IMG/VR virus record: IMGVR_UViG_3300032242_002802
Location: 4,075-68,074 of that record
Source: a virus
Strand: one strand, 5' to 3'
Length of the DNA: 64,000 bases
In this document: positions 1 through 10,192 of the stretch, in pieces
Numbering within the stretch: position 1 is the stretch's first letter
Layout: each line of letters begins with the position of its first letter
Program-made: the position numbers and the translations under genes
Notes under the pieces: model-generated
What the model saw: only the letters and a program-made list of their open reading frames with translations
Told to the model about the DNA's origin: nothing
The model's database searches: none

Positions 1-1086
1 GAGGATCCACAATTAAGAAGAATATTCTTAGACTCACAGATAGTTTATGTTTCATATTCAACTCAAAATGAATTTTCAGAGACATCTTATGTAGAGGGTT
101 TAATTAAACCTTATAATCAATTAAAAATATTACAACAAACAAGAATAATGTTTAACATTGTTAATGCAACTATTTATCAAAAGTTTACCATTCCAATTAA
201 AGGTATGTCAAGACAAAGAGCAGAAGAACAAATAGGACAATTAATACATGATTATTCAGAAGAAGTAGAATGGGATGACTCATTGGGAACTTTAACTATT
301 AATGGTTCCAAACACTTACCTTATAATAAACAAATATTGTTTCCTGAGGGAGATGCAGGTACTCCAAATATGACATTAGAATCTCCACAAGGTCATAACT
401 TAAATGATGATACAATGTTGGATTGGTTCTTCAAGGCACTTAAAAGAGCATCTAAAATACCAATGTCAAGATTTGAAAGTGATAATGGTGGTGGTAACTT
501 AGTTACTGATGCTGCTGAGATGACAAGAGATGAGATTAAGTTTCATAACTTTGTTAGTAGATTAAGATCAAACTTTAAGGAATTAATTGTTAAACCATTA
601 AGACTACAAATGTTAATTGAGTTTCCTGAATTAAAAGATGATGAGTTTTTTACAAATGCAGTTGATATTAATTTCTTTACAAACCAAGTATTTGAAGAAT
701 GGAAAAAGATAAACAATTTAGAAAAGAAAGCAGGTATAGTTGGAACTTTACTTGGTGTTATGAATGGTGAGAAACCATACTTTCACATTGAATGGATTAT
801 GGATAATGTATTCAAACTTACTCCAGAAGAAAAAGCAGAGAATGCTAAGTACTGGGCAATGGATGTTGCTAATCAAGCAGCAGGCGCCACAGGTGAACCT
901 GGTGCTCCATCAGAAGGTGGTGGAGGAGGTGGCTTTGGTGGTTCTGGTGAAAGTGGAGAAGCTCCAGCACAAGCAGCACCTCAAGCAACCCCAGAAGCTC
1001 CAGCACAAGGTGGTGGACAAGCAGCACCTCAAGCAGCACCTGAAACTCCTCCTGCTCCTGAGGGTGGAGGTGAGTTTGAGTTCTAA
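1..1086 (+). CDS. Portal protein (T4 gp20-like), 5'-truncated
   Basis: Frame is open from base 1 (…SYVEGLIKPYNQLKILQ…). EMTRDEIKFHNFVSRLRSNF resembles T4 gp20 ITRDELxFxKF. Upstream of the prohead protease and MCP. Gly/Ala/Pro/Glu-rich C-terminal tail. Confidence 0.9.
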   Translation, partial: EDPQLRRIFLDSQIVYVSYSTQNEFSETSYVEGLIKPYNQLKILQQTRIMFNIVNATIYQKFTIPIKGMSRQRAEEQIGQLIHDYSEEVEWDDSLGTLTINGSKHLPYNKQILFPEGDAGTPNMTLESPQGHNLNDDTMLDWFFKALKRASKIPMSRFESDNGGGNLVTDAAEMTRDEIKFHNFVSRLRSNFKELIVKPLRLQMLIEFPELKDDEFFTNAVDINFFTNQVFEEWKKINNLEKKAGIVGTLLGVMNGEKPYFHIEWIMDNVFKLTPEEKAENAKYWAMDVANQAAGATGEPGAPSEGGGGGGFGGSGESGEAPAQAAPQATPEAPAQGGGQAAPQAAPETPPAPEGGGEFEF

Positions 1087-1096
1087 TACAAAAAAT

Positions 1097-1122
1097 AAAA
1101 TCCTTTCAATTGAAAGGATTTT
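1097..1122. terminator. Bidirectional intrinsic terminator (perfect palindrome)
   Basis: AAAATCCTTTCAATTGAAAGGATTTT between convergent genes. Confidence 0.8.
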
Positions 1123-1528
1123 TTGTTTCTGGTAAGTCAATTGTAAATGAAACATTTCTATCAGTAAATACTTGTCTGGCTTCAAGTTCTATTCCTGAAT
1201 CATAGATTTCTTTTAATTTATTTCCACAAACAGTATCTAAAAATTCTGTCTTTAGTGTTAATTTCTCAATGTTATTATCTTTAATGATAAAAGTCATACC
1301 ACTTATACTAAAAGCCATTGTATCTAACTTACTACCATTATCAAGTGTTATAAAATCATATACCATTCCAATCTTTTGTATATTATCAACATCAAACTGA
1401 ACTCTCTTACTCTCAAGTAAGGTAGATAGTTTAATATCTCTATAAAAAGATTTCCACTCATTATAAGTGGAAAGTGCTTTATCATACTGATCTAAAGTAT
1501 TATTATTTAGTTTAACATTTAATTCCAT
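1106..1528 (-). CDS. Hypothetical protein with R-D-x-K-L-x-x-L-L motif
   Basis: 140-aa ORF coupled to the RNase R stop; contains YRDIKLSTLL. Confidence 0.7.
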   Translation of the reverse strand: MELNVKLNNNTLDQYDKALSTYNEWKSFYRDIKLSTLLESKRVQFDVDNIQKIGMVYDFITLDNGSKLDTMAFSISGMTFIIKDNNIEKLTLKTEFLDTVCGNKLKEIYDSGIELEARQVFTDRNVSFTIDLPETKNPFN

Positions 1529-3402
1529 TAGAATACTTCAAAGTCTATTTGTTTTCTGTCTAAATCAATGGCTTTAACCATTACTTTAATTTCATCACCT
1601 AATCTTATTGAACCTCCCATTTTAGGAAATACAATATAATTATCTGCATCAATTGTGTAGTTATTGTTATATCTAACCATACCTTCACATTTACTATCAA
1701 TAAGTTCAACATACATACCCCACTCTGTTACTCCTGATACAATACCTTCAAATACTTGTCCAATTTTATCTTCTAAGTATTCTATTTGTTTGTATTTAAT
1801 TGAGTCTCTTTGTGCTTTTGCTGCTAAAATTTCTCTTTCAGAACACCATTTGGCCATATCTTCAATTTTATTAGGACTTCCAACAGACTTTTTATTTAAG
1901 TAATCAAATAAAACTCTATGAGTTATTAAATCTGGATATCTTCTGATTGGTGAAGTAAAGTGAGAATAGTGAGTAAATCCTAATCCATAGTGTCCAGAGT
2001 TTATAATTGTATAAGTAGCTTTAGACATACATCTTGTGATTAAAGTTTCAATCATATTCTCTTCTGGTTTACCTTTAATATCTCCAACCAATTGATTAAT
2101 TGATTTTTTAAGATTTGCTGGTTCACCTTCAACTTCTAAAGTATAACCAAAGTTTTTACAGATTAAAGAAAGAGCTTGTAACTTTTCAATGTTAGGAGTA
2201 TCATGTACTCTATAAACATTTGGATATTTTGCATCTGATAATTCTTTAGCAACTAATTTATTTGCAAGTAACATATATTCTTCAATAAGTTTATTTGCAT
2301 CTTTTTGAGTTTTGAAATAAACACCAGTTGGTTTCTTTGTAATTGGATCCAATTGAAATCTTACTTCAATTCCACCCATTTCAATAGAACCATCTGATAT
2401 TCTTTGTTTTCTCATTTTCTTAGCAGTTGTATCTAATAAAAGTATTTCAGTTTTGAAATCTCCATCTTTACCTTCAATTATTTCTTGTGCTTCTTCATAA
2501 GAGTATCTTCTATCTGAATGTATAACAGTTTTTCCAAACCATTTATTCAGAACTTTTCCTTCTTTATCTAAAGTAACTACAACTGAGAAACAAAGTTTAT
2601 CTTCATTAGGTCTTAATGAACATACTCCATTACTTAATCTTTCAGGTAACATTGGTACACATCTATCAACTAAGTAAACAGATGTTGCTCTACTAATTGC
2701 TTCATCATCTAAATCAGTTCCTTCTTTAACATAGTGAGATACATCAGCAATATGAATACCAACTTCAATAGTATCATTATCTAAAATGTTTACTGAAAGA
2801 GCATCATCAAAATCTTTAGCATCAACAGGGTCAATAGTAAAGGTTGTGATGTCTCTCATATCTCTTCTTTTTTCAATTTCTTCTTCTGATATTTCAAAAG
2901 GTATTAATTCTGCATCAGCTTCAACCATTAGAGGGAAACTATTAGGTAATCCATATTCATACATAATTGAGTTCATTTCTGTGTTGTTGTCTCCAGATTC
3001 TCCTAAAATTTCAATGATTTTACCTTTAGGGGATTTGGAACCAGGTTCCCAGCTTGAGAACTCAACCAAAACTTTTTGGTCATTCTTAGCATTGTGTTCA
3101 CCTTTAATATAAAAATCTACTGGAATTTTTTGACTGTCTGGTATTACAAAGGTTAGGTCTTTGTTTAAGTGTACTTTACCAACAAATTGTGTACGGAATC
3201 TTTCTAATACTTCTATTACTTCCGCTTCTACTTTATTATTCTTGATAATAATTTTGACTTTAACTTTATCTGAGTTAAGTGCATTTAGTGTATTTTTTTT
3301 ATAGATAAAAATACTTTTGTTCTCTATTGTAATGGATGCATTTCCACTATTTGAGAAATCTATAGTACCATCATAGATACTATCTTCTTTTAATTTATTC
3401 AT
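1528..3402 (-). CDS. rnr: Ribonuclease R (RNB family)
   Basis: TIDPVDAKDFDDALS catalytic motif, HFTSPIRRYPDL, N-terminal cold-shock domains and C-terminal S1 domain. Confidence 0.95.
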   Translation of the reverse strand: MNKLKEDSIYDGTIDFSNSGNASITIENKSIFIYKKNTLNALNSDKVKVKIIIKNNKVEAEVIEVLERFRTQFVGKVHLNKDLTFVIPDSQKIPVDFYIKGEHNAKNDQKVLVEFSSWEPGSKSPKGKIIEILGESGDNNTEMNSIMYEYGLPNSFPLMVEADAELIPFEISEEEIEKRRDMRDITTFTIDPVDAKDFDDALSVNILDNDTIEVGIHIADVSHYVKEGTDLDDEAISRATSVYLVDRCVPMLPERLSNGVCSLRPNEDKLCFSVVVTLDKEGKVLNKWFGKTVIHSDRRYSYEEAQEIIEGKDGDFKTEILLLDTTAKKMRKQRISDGSIEMGGIEVRFQLDPITKKPTGVYFKTQKDANKLIEEYMLLANKLVAKELSDAKYPNVYRVHDTPNIEKLQALSLICKNFGYTLEVEGEPANLKKSINQLVGDIKGKPEENMIETLITRCMSKATYTIINSGHYGLGFTHYSHFTSPIRRYPDLITHRVLFDYLNKKSVGSPNKIEDMAKWCSEREILAAKAQRDSIKYKQIEYLEDKIGQVFEGIVSGVTEWGMYVELIDSKCEGMVRYNNNYTIDADNYIVFPKMGGSIRLGDEIKVMVKAIDLDRKQIDFEVF

Positions 3403-3784
3403 TTGTTTTTATTTTCTTGGAGATATTATCAACTCCATATTTTTTAATTAATGTTTTTTTCATCTTATCTAAAACTTTTTTATTTTGAATAGGATAATCT
3501 ACTCCAAAGTTTTTTCTAAGTGTTTCTTTCCTCTTACCCTCAGAACATTTTCTACAATAATATTCTCCCCAAACATTATCATATTTAAGGTAATTCTTAT
3601 AGATTACATCTTTCTCAACCCCACAAACATCACATTTACATTTAATTTTATAATGAGAACCTTTTGGTAATAGTTCAACCGGAATAACTATTTCTTCTCC
3701 TATATATACATCATATCCTAAATAATCATAATAGTTGTAATTTGACTCAATTATTTTTATATTTATCTCTCTTGAAAGGATCAT
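3395..3784 (-). CDS. Zinc-ribbon protein resembling the N-terminal part of a homing endonuclease, no nuclease domain
   Basis: CKCDVC…CRKC plus NFGVDYP/KYGVDNIS repeats; same layout as the N-terminus of 40511..41413. Confidence 0.65.
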   Translation of the reverse strand: MILSREINIKIIESNYNYYDYLGYDVYIGEEIVIPVELLPKGSHYKIKCKCDVCGVEKDVIYKNYLKYDNVWGEYYCRKCSEGKRKETLRKNFGVDYPIQNKKVLDKMKKTLIKKYGVDNISKKIKTNE

Positions 3785-3878
3785 AAAAAACCACTTATTT
3801 TTAAGTATTTATTAAAATCTCAATCTCCCTTTTTATCAAAATTAAAACTACCTTGTTTTACAAGACTTCACAAAGATA

Positions 3879-3893
3879 CTATAAAAAATCCAC
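3879..3893 (+). promoter_or_regulatory. 15-bp upstream box CTATAAAAAATCCAC (copy 1, before prohead protease)
   Basis: Exact copy at 6148-6162; both lie about 30 nt upstream of an ATATATAC late-type motif. Confidence 0.6.
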
Positions 3894-3959
3894 TTCTCAA
3901 AAATAAGTAATTACAAAGTTGAATATATACCACAGAACTACAAAAAATAATTATTTTAA

Positions 3960-6146
3960 ATGAAACCAGTTTTAATCGTAGAAAATTCAACAAATTCTCT
4001 TGTAAGAGAGAATGCTTCTACAGGTAATAAGGATTTTATCCTTAATGGTACTTTCACAGAGTTTGGTGTTAAAAATCGTAATGAGAGAATATACACTGCT
4101 GAGAAGTTCTTACCTGCTTTAGGTGAGTTGAATGAAAGAATGAGCAGCTTAGGTGCTGTTTTTGGTGAATTTGATCACCCAGATGTTTTTGATACTTCAT
4201 TATCAAGAGCATCACACATCATCACCAAAGCTGAATATGTTTCTGAAAAGAACACAGTTGAAGGAGAAATCAAATTGTTAAGTACATATTGGGGAAAAGA
4301 AGCAAAGGCATTAGTTAATGATGGATGTCCTGTTTTTGTATCTTCAAGAGCTGCAGGTATTACTGAGTCTGATGGTTCAGTATCATTGAAAAAACTTTTT
4401 ACATATGACATTGTTGCTGATCCAGGATTTGCATCTGCAAGAATGAGTGTAAAAGTATTGAATGAATCTTTAGGTTATTGTACTGATGGACAAATTGAAA
4501 AAAATAACTTTAGGATATATGAAATGTCTGACGAGTCCAAAATGAACGAATTATTCAAAATGAACAACAATGACTTTGTAACAAAACAACAACTAAGTGA
4601 CTATTCAAAGTATTTAGTTAATGAGATTGCATCTACTAAAAAAGTAGTAAATAATGCAATTACTAAAGGTAATATGCCAGCTAAAAAATTAGAGCAATTA
4701 CTTGAGTATTATGAAGAGTTAAATGGAACTAACTCACAAGTTGCTAAATATTTAGATTATTTAGCTGACAAAATCCAAGTGGTAGTTAATGAAAATAAAT
4801 CATTAAAAGAAACTACTACAAAATTGGCTAAACACAATGATTACTTAGCTGAGAACTTAGAAAAAGCTATTAACTATTCAGAATATTTAGCTGAGAATTT
4901 AGATAAAAATATTGAGTATTCAGAATATTTAGCTGAAAACTTAGATAAAAATATCAATTACTCAGAATATATTGCTGAAAACTTAGACAAAAACATTTCT
5001 TACTCAGAATACTTAGCTGAGAACTTAGACAAAAACATTGAATATTCAGAATACTTAGCAGAAAACTTAGACAAGAATATTGCTTACTCTGAATACATTG
5101 CTGAAAACTTAGACAAAAACATTGCTTACTCAGAATACATTGCTGAGAATGTTGATAATTCAATTGCTTACTCAGAATACTTAGCAGAACATGTTGAAGG
5201 TAACATTGCTTACTCTGAATACATTGCTGAACATTTAGATGATAACATTGCTTACTCTGAATATGTTGCTGAAAACTTAGACAAATCTATTTCTTACCAA
5301 GGAATGATAGTTGAAAAATTAAACTCATTTGGTAAATTAAATGAAGGATTTGGTGATGATGAAGGTCATGCTTTCCCATCAATTGAAGATGCTGGTTTTG
5401 AATCACAAGAAGAAGAGGAAGAGGAAGAAGAATTCCACGGAGACTTTGCACAAGATGCTGCTGAATTTGGTAAAGAAGCTGAAAAGTTTGCACATGAAGC
5501 TGAAGAATTTGCAGGTCATGAAGAAGGTGAAAGAGAAGAAATGGAAGGTGAAAGAGAAGAAATGGAAGGTGAAAAAATGGAAGATGAAGAAGAAATGGAA
5601 CAAGAAGAAGAATTTGCAGGTCATGATGACTCTGAACTTTCTGAATCTATTAATAAATTAATTGAAGAAGCTAAAAAACGTAAAGTTTCTGAAAGCAGTG
5701 ATTTGAACTTTTTAAAGTTCTTAAACAAATCACAAGTTGATAGTTTTTATGCTCTATCAGATGAAGAACAAGATACTGTTAAACTACACATAAACGAGAG
5801 TAGTTATTTTACACAGAAAGAAGTTCTTACTTTGATTACAGAAGCATTATCTACTAAAAACGAAACTCTTGAAGAAAGAGTAATCAGATTGATGCCTGAT
5901 AACATTAAGCCAATCTGGGGTACTTTAAATGAATCTGCTAAAAAATCTGTCTTATCACAAGCTAGATTATATCCAGAAGAAGTTTTAAGAACTGAAAATC
6001 AAATTGAGCATTTCTGGGGAACTAGAAATATCAAAACTAATGAAACTGTAACTAAAAAACTTGTTGCTCATGAAGGTTTAATCCAAGAGGATAAACTATC
6101 TGATACAGAAGTTTCTATGATTATGGAAAGATTTAGAAGAGTATAA
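3960..6146 (+). CDS. Prohead protease (T4 gp21-like) fused to a scaffold/core domain
   Basis: KNRNERIY, GEFDHP, VSSRAAG and TYDIVADPGF are gp21 motifs; followed by coiled-coil 14-aa repeats and an acidic region; immediately upstream of MCP. Confidence 0.9.
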   Translation: MKPVLIVENSTNSLVRENASTGNKDFILNGTFTEFGVKNRNERIYTAEKFLPALGELNERMSSLGAVFGEFDHPDVFDTSLSRASHIITKAEYVSEKNTVEGEIKLLSTYWGKEAKALVNDGCPVFVSSRAAGITESDGSVSLKKLFTYDIVADPGFASARMSVKVLNESLGYCTDGQIEKNNFRIYEMSDESKMNELFKMNNNDFVTKQQLSDYSKYLVNEIASTKKVVNNAITKGNMPAKKLEQLLEYYEELNGTNSQVAKYLDYLADKIQVVVNENKSLKETTTKLAKHNDYLAENLEKAINYSEYLAENLDKNIEYSEYLAENLDKNINYSEYIAENLDKNISYSEYLAENLDKNIEYSEYLAENLDKNIAYSEYIAENLDKNIAYSEYIAENVDNSIAYSEYLAEHVEGNIAYSEYIAEHLDDNIAYSEYVAENLDKSISYQGMIVEKLNSFGKLNEGFGDDEGHAFPSIEDAGFESQEEEEEEEEFHGDFAQDAAEFGKEAEKFAHEAEEFAGHEEGEREEMEGEREEMEGEKMEDEEEMEQEEEFAGHDDSELSESINKLIEEAKKRKVSESSDLNFLKFLNKSQVDSFYALSDEEQDTVKLHINESSYFTQKEVLTLITEALSTKNETLEERVIRLMPDNIKPIWGTLNESAKKSVLSQARLYPEEVLRTENQIEHFWGTRNIKTNETVTKKLVAHEGLIQEDKLSDTEVSMIMERFRRV
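4836..5297 (+). repeat. 11 tandem 42-bp (14-aa) coding repeats, SEY[LI]AENLDKNIxY
   Basis: Repeats read directly in both protein and DNA. Confidence 0.95.
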
Positions 6147-6147
6147 T

Positions 6148-6162
6148 CTATAAAAAATCCAC
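6148..6162 (+). promoter_or_regulatory. 15-bp upstream box CTATAAAAAATCCAC (copy 2, before MCP)
   Basis: Exact match to 3879-3893. Confidence 0.6.
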
Positions 6163-6241
6163 ACTTCAAAAAAAGTGAAAAAACAAGGATATATATACAT
6201 TTATAGATTACATAAAAAAAATAAAAAAAAAGAAAATTATT

Positions 6242-7960
6242 ATGTCACAAATTAGAATAGATAATCAAAAAGCCATGAAAAAATGGTCTCCAGTGTTGGA
6301 AAACATGGGAGTAACAGGTGATAGACTTGAATGGATGTCAGAATATGCTGAATTCCACTCTATCAATGAGAACGCATATGTTAATGCTACAAACGTAGCT
6401 GGTATGGGTAATGTATTAGCAGCACAACCAGGTGCTTACTCAGGTACTACTTTAGGAACTTTAAATGGTGGTTCTTATCCAAATGCTTCTGTTGGATCAG
6501 GTGATGTTGGTCAAAACTTATTACCAGTAGCTATGAAAATTGCTGCTCAAACAATTGGTTTAGACTTAGTTGCTGTAAAACCAACTCCAGGTCCAAAATT
6601 AGACTTACTTTTTATTGATTTTCAATATGATGATGTTGATTTAACAACAAATGAAAGACCACAAGTTTTCAAACTTGATGTTGGATATGGTACAGGAACT
6701 CAATCTAATTTGAATAATGTATTAGCTGGTTTAACTGCAAGTGGTACAATTATTCAAAATCAAGGTGGTTTATTACAAGGTAGAGTATTCATTAATGTAG
6801 GTACTTCTTCTAATTATACTTCTTATACAGAACCTAAAAGTACTGATGCTCCTGCTGGTATTGCAGCTGGTAGACAAAATTGGGTTGAATTTTTAGGATT
6901 CTCAAGAGTTGATGGATTACCAATGTTTAGAGCATTTAGACAAGCAAATACTGCAGGTCAATACAACACATTTGGTTACACTGCAACATTGAATACATTT
7001 GATAGTACATCATCAATGCAATCACAAATAAAATGGATTTGTGGTCTTACTCAATCAAATCCATCAATTCAATTAATATCTGCATTAGAAGATCACATTC
7101 CTGGATTCTCTACTAACTGGGCTGCTCAACCTTCTGGACAAGAAGCTGGTGCTTACCCAATGTCAAGATTAGAAGATGACCAATCTTACTCAGGTGTTAT
7201 TGGACCAAAAATTTCTTCTAAAACTATTGCAGTTGGTACTATTGAAATATCTTCAGCTTTAAGAAGAACAGAAATTGAAGACATCAAAGCTAACACAGGT
7301 ATGGATATTGTTCAAAAAATGGAATCAATCCTTGTTAATGAATTGTCTCAAACAATCTCTAAACAAATTGTTTCTAAAATATTTGAAATGGGTGCTTTAA
7401 ACAGAACTAATGCTCCTAAAAAATCTGATAATAATACTTCATTATTTGATTTAGATACAGCTTATGCTGGAACTTCATTTGTTGGTGGTGAAACTACTCA
7501 CGCTGTTCAAAGAAAACTTATAACTAGAATTGCTCACGCTTCTAACTATATTGCAACAGAGGGACGTGTTGGACCTGCTCAATACTTAATCACAAATGGA
7601 GGTTTAGCTGCAGCATTACAAGATATTGCTGGTTACACAATTAACCCAGTTAAATCTAAAATGAACTCTCAAGGTCAATTATACCCAGTAGGTTCTATTG
7701 GAGACATCTCAATCTATGTTGATCCATATATGAGATATAATGATAATAGAATTGTATTAGGAAGAAAAAATAATCCTGACCAACCAGGTATCATCTTTGT
7801 ACCTTACTTAATGGCACAATCTATCTCAGTTATTTCTGAGGCTACATTTGCTCCAAGAATGTTACTTAGATCAAGATATGCTATTGCAGAAGTGGGATGG
7901 TATCCACAAAAACAATTTATGCAAATAAATGTTACTGATGCTAACCAATTACTTAACTAA
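6242..7960 (+). CDS. Major capsid protein (T4 gp23-like)
   Basis: KKWSPVLE N-terminus, DLVAVKPTPGP, YVDPY, FVPY, TFAPRMLLRSRY; follows the protease; strong terminator after it. Confidence 0.95.
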   Translation: MSQIRIDNQKAMKKWSPVLENMGVTGDRLEWMSEYAEFHSINENAYVNATNVAGMGNVLAAQPGAYSGTTLGTLNGGSYPNASVGSGDVGQNLLPVAMKIAAQTIGLDLVAVKPTPGPKLDLLFIDFQYDDVDLTTNERPQVFKLDVGYGTGTQSNLNNVLAGLTASGTIIQNQGGLLQGRVFINVGTSSNYTSYTEPKSTDAPAGIAAGRQNWVEFLGFSRVDGLPMFRAFRQANTAGQYNTFGYTATLNTFDSTSSMQSQIKWICGLTQSNPSIQLISALEDHIPGFSTNWAAQPSGQEAGAYPMSRLEDDQSYSGVIGPKISSKTIAVGTIEISSALRRTEIEDIKANTGMDIVQKMESILVNELSQTISKQIVSKIFEMGALNRTNAPKKSDNNTSLFDLDTAYAGTSFVGGETTHAVQRKLITRIAHASNYIATEGRVGPAQYLITNGGLAAALQDIAGYTINPVKSKMNSQGQLYPVGSIGDISIYVDPYMRYNDNRIVLGRKNNPDQPGIIFVPYLMAQSISVISEATFAPRMLLRSRYAIAEVGWYPQKQFMQINVTDANQLLN

Positions 7961-7981
7961 TCATTAATTAATTAATTATAT

Positions 7982-8008
7982 AAAAAGACTCCTTTTAGGA
8001 GTCTTTTT
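7982..8008 (+). terminator. Intrinsic terminator after MCP
   Basis: AAAAAGACTCCT-TTT-AGGAGTCTTTTT. Confidence 0.85.
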
Positions 8009-8020
8009 TGTTTTATACAA

Positions 8021-8030
8021 TTAATATATA
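8021..8030 (+). promoter_or_regulatory. Putative late promoter TTAATATATA (representative of about 20 copies)
   Basis: Recurs directly upstream of many structural and tagged genes, often 4-5 nt before ATG; analogous to the T4 late promoter TATAAATA. Confidence 0.75.
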
Positions 8031-8034
8031 CATT

Positions 8035-8427
8035 ATGAGAATTAAGAAATATAAATCATTTAATGAAAGTAAAAATAAATTTCCTAACATAAAAACTTTG
8101 GATATTGATGGATTTATTGTATATTTGGGACGTGATGCAAAATCTAATGACCATTTAACATTTAATATGTCAAATCCTGATGATATTTGGATGCACACAA
8201 AAGGTGTTCCAGGTAGTCATATGTTAATTGTTGTTAGAGAAAAACTACCTACACCAGAAGTAATAAAAAAAGTTGCTGAGATTGCTAAAAAGAATAGTAA
8301 AGCTAAAGATGAAGATAAAGCAACTGTAGTTTATTGTAAAGCAAAATTTGTTAAAAAACAACTAGGTATGAATGATGGTCAAGTAAGAGTTGATTATGGA
8401 AACTCACATGAAGTAATAGTAAATTAA
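8035..8427 (+). CDS. NFACT-R (DUF814, RqcH/Rqc2-type RNA-binding domain) protein
   Basis: LGRDAKSNDHLT, DIWMHTKGVPGSH, VVYCKAKFVKK. Start moved to the ATG at 8035 (MRIKKYKSFNES), just after the promoter motif. Confidence 0.85.
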   Translation: MRIKKYKSFNESKNKFPNIKTLDIDGFIVYLGRDAKSNDHLTFNMSNPDDIWMHTKGVPGSHMLIVVREKLPTPEVIKKVAEIAKKNSKAKDEDKATVVYCKAKFVKKQLGMNDGQVRVDYGNSHEVIVN

Positions 8428-8428
8428 T

Positions 8429-9775
8429 ATGGCAGATATAAAAATAAAATTTTCACCAAGATTGATAAAAGTCATCAAACAAATTGATGATGAGTTTGAA
8501 AATAATCTATCCTATAAGATATTAGGTCTTATTGATGGTAGTCTTAAATATGAAAATGTATTAAATATTTACTATATGGACTTATCTAAAGTTGATAATT
8601 GTTTTGATATTGTAATAAAAGGAAAAAAGTCAACAATTAGTATAGCAAAGTTTAGTAATACTTACTTCCCTGATTTAAAGATTTCTGACAATGGTTTAAT
8701 AGAATTTCACACTGCATATAATTCATTTAAAGGAGAAACATTTGGTATTGTTACTGGTACACCAGTTGAACATAAACCATTTGTTTTTAATCCTAAAGAT
8801 GTACGTTCTACTTTTTTATCATTAGTTACAAAGACTTATCCAATGGGTCATGAAAAAGAAGTATTACAATTTTTACCTAAACTTGATACAGATATACATG
8901 GAAATTATTATAAAATAATTCCAGGTGATACAAAAACTATGTTTACTTCTCACTTAGATACTGCTGACTGGAAACAATTACCTACTAAATTAATGTCTAA
9001 GATGATTGACAATGAAGAGTATATCTTCACTGATGGTACAAGTATTTTAGGTTCAGATGATAAAGCAGGAGTAACTATAATGCTTTATATGATGGCACAT
9101 AATGTTCCAGGATTATATTACTTTTTCTTAGGTGAAGAAAGAGGTGGTGTTGGTTCAAGATTAGTTGCTGGTGATTTTGAAGAAATAGATTATCTTAAAG
9201 ATATAAAAAGATGTATATCATTTGATAGAAGAAAAACAGGTTCTGTTATTACTTCTCAATATGGTAGAGTTTGTTGTTCTGATGATTTTGGTTCTGCTTT
9301 ATGTAGAGAATATAGTAGCAATGGTGTAAAGTTATCATTAGATGATACAGGAATATTTACAGATTCTGCTTCTTTTATTGATAATATACCAGAATGTACT
9401 AATATATCAGTTGGTTATGAAAATGAACATACTACTAAAGAAATACAAAATATTACATTTTTAGATAAGATTGCTAAAGCATCAGTCAATGTTAATTGGA
9501 GTAAATTACCTACTATTAGAAAAGTTGGTATAAATAGTGAGATTATTAGAAAGTATAAAAATTTAATACAACAAATTAAAAGATATGCATTTGACCTTGA
9601 TGTAAAAGTTGTAGGGTATGATGGTAAAGTATTCATTGAGTTTGACTCATTAGGATGTGATATAAAGACAATAGGGAACACATTAAAATATATTAATAAT
9701 ATCTTATCAAGATATAATATTATTGATCCTTATGTGGAATTTGAAGAAACGTATATCAAAATAGAAATAAAGTAA
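8429..9775 (+). CDS. M20/M28-family zinc peptidase with extra N-terminal domain
   Basis: SHLDT, GSDDKAG, GEERG, FDRR, GYENEH metal-ligand motifs. Confidence 0.8.
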   Translation: MADIKIKFSPRLIKVIKQIDDEFENNLSYKILGLIDGSLKYENVLNIYYMDLSKVDNCFDIVIKGKKSTISIAKFSNTYFPDLKISDNGLIEFHTAYNSFKGETFGIVTGTPVEHKPFVFNPKDVRSTFLSLVTKTYPMGHEKEVLQFLPKLDTDIHGNYYKIIPGDTKTMFTSHLDTADWKQLPTKLMSKMIDNEEYIFTDGTSILGSDDKAGVTIMLYMMAHNVPGLYYFFLGEERGGVGSRLVAGDFEEIDYLKDIKRCISFDRRKTGSVITSQYGRVCCSDDFGSALCREYSSNGVKLSLDDTGIFTDSASFIDNIPECTNISVGYENEHTTKEIQNITFLDKIAKASVNVNWSKLPTIRKVGINSEIIRKYKNLIQQIKRYAFDLDVKVVGYDGKVFIEFDSLGCDIKTIGNTLKYINNILSRYNIIDPYVEFEETYIKIEIK

Positions 9776-10140
9776 TGATAAAGAATTATAAAAAATTTAC
9801 AGAGAGTTTAGAAGGTTCTATGAGTGATAATAGAGACTATTATGATGATGAATATTATGGTCATAATACTGATGGTATGGAACATATAACATATCTATTA
9901 AGAACTACTCTAAGAAATAAAGGTATTGAAGATTTTACTGTTGATTATAGAGATTATGATATATGTATATCAGTATTCTTGTATGAATTGGAAAAATTGA
10001 GTACAATGATGAATATATTTGACATATTAGAACATTTGAGAACTGATATTTTACCACAATATGATTGTGAATTTGATATGTATCAAACTAAAAAAACAGG
10101 TGGTAGTGTATTAGAATTTAATTTTTTCTATAATGAATAA
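9775..10140 (+). CDS. Hypothetical protein, CTS-like N-terminus
   Basis: MIKNYKKFTES. Confidence 0.7.
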   Translation: MIKNYKKFTESLEGSMSDNRDYYDDEYYGHNTDGMEHITYLLRTTLRNKGIEDFTVDYRDYDICISVFLYELEKLSTMMNIFDILEHLRTDILPQYDCEFDMYQTKKTGGSVLEFNFFYNE

Positions 10141-10192
10141 TTAATATATAAATAAAATTAGTACATTTGTACAAAAAAACAAGAAGCAAGTA

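Noticed and set aside
4836-5297. 42-bp periodic repeats as a possible CRISPR array
   Set aside because: No unique spacers; in-frame coding repeats with synonymous variation inside the scaffold
764-5661. Overlapping or antisense ORFs (764, 910, 1664, 2786, 4175, 4954, 5287, 5341, 5403, and similar ones elsewhere such as 44449 and 48569)
   Set aside because: Shadow frames of well-supported genes with low-complexity, non-protein-like composition
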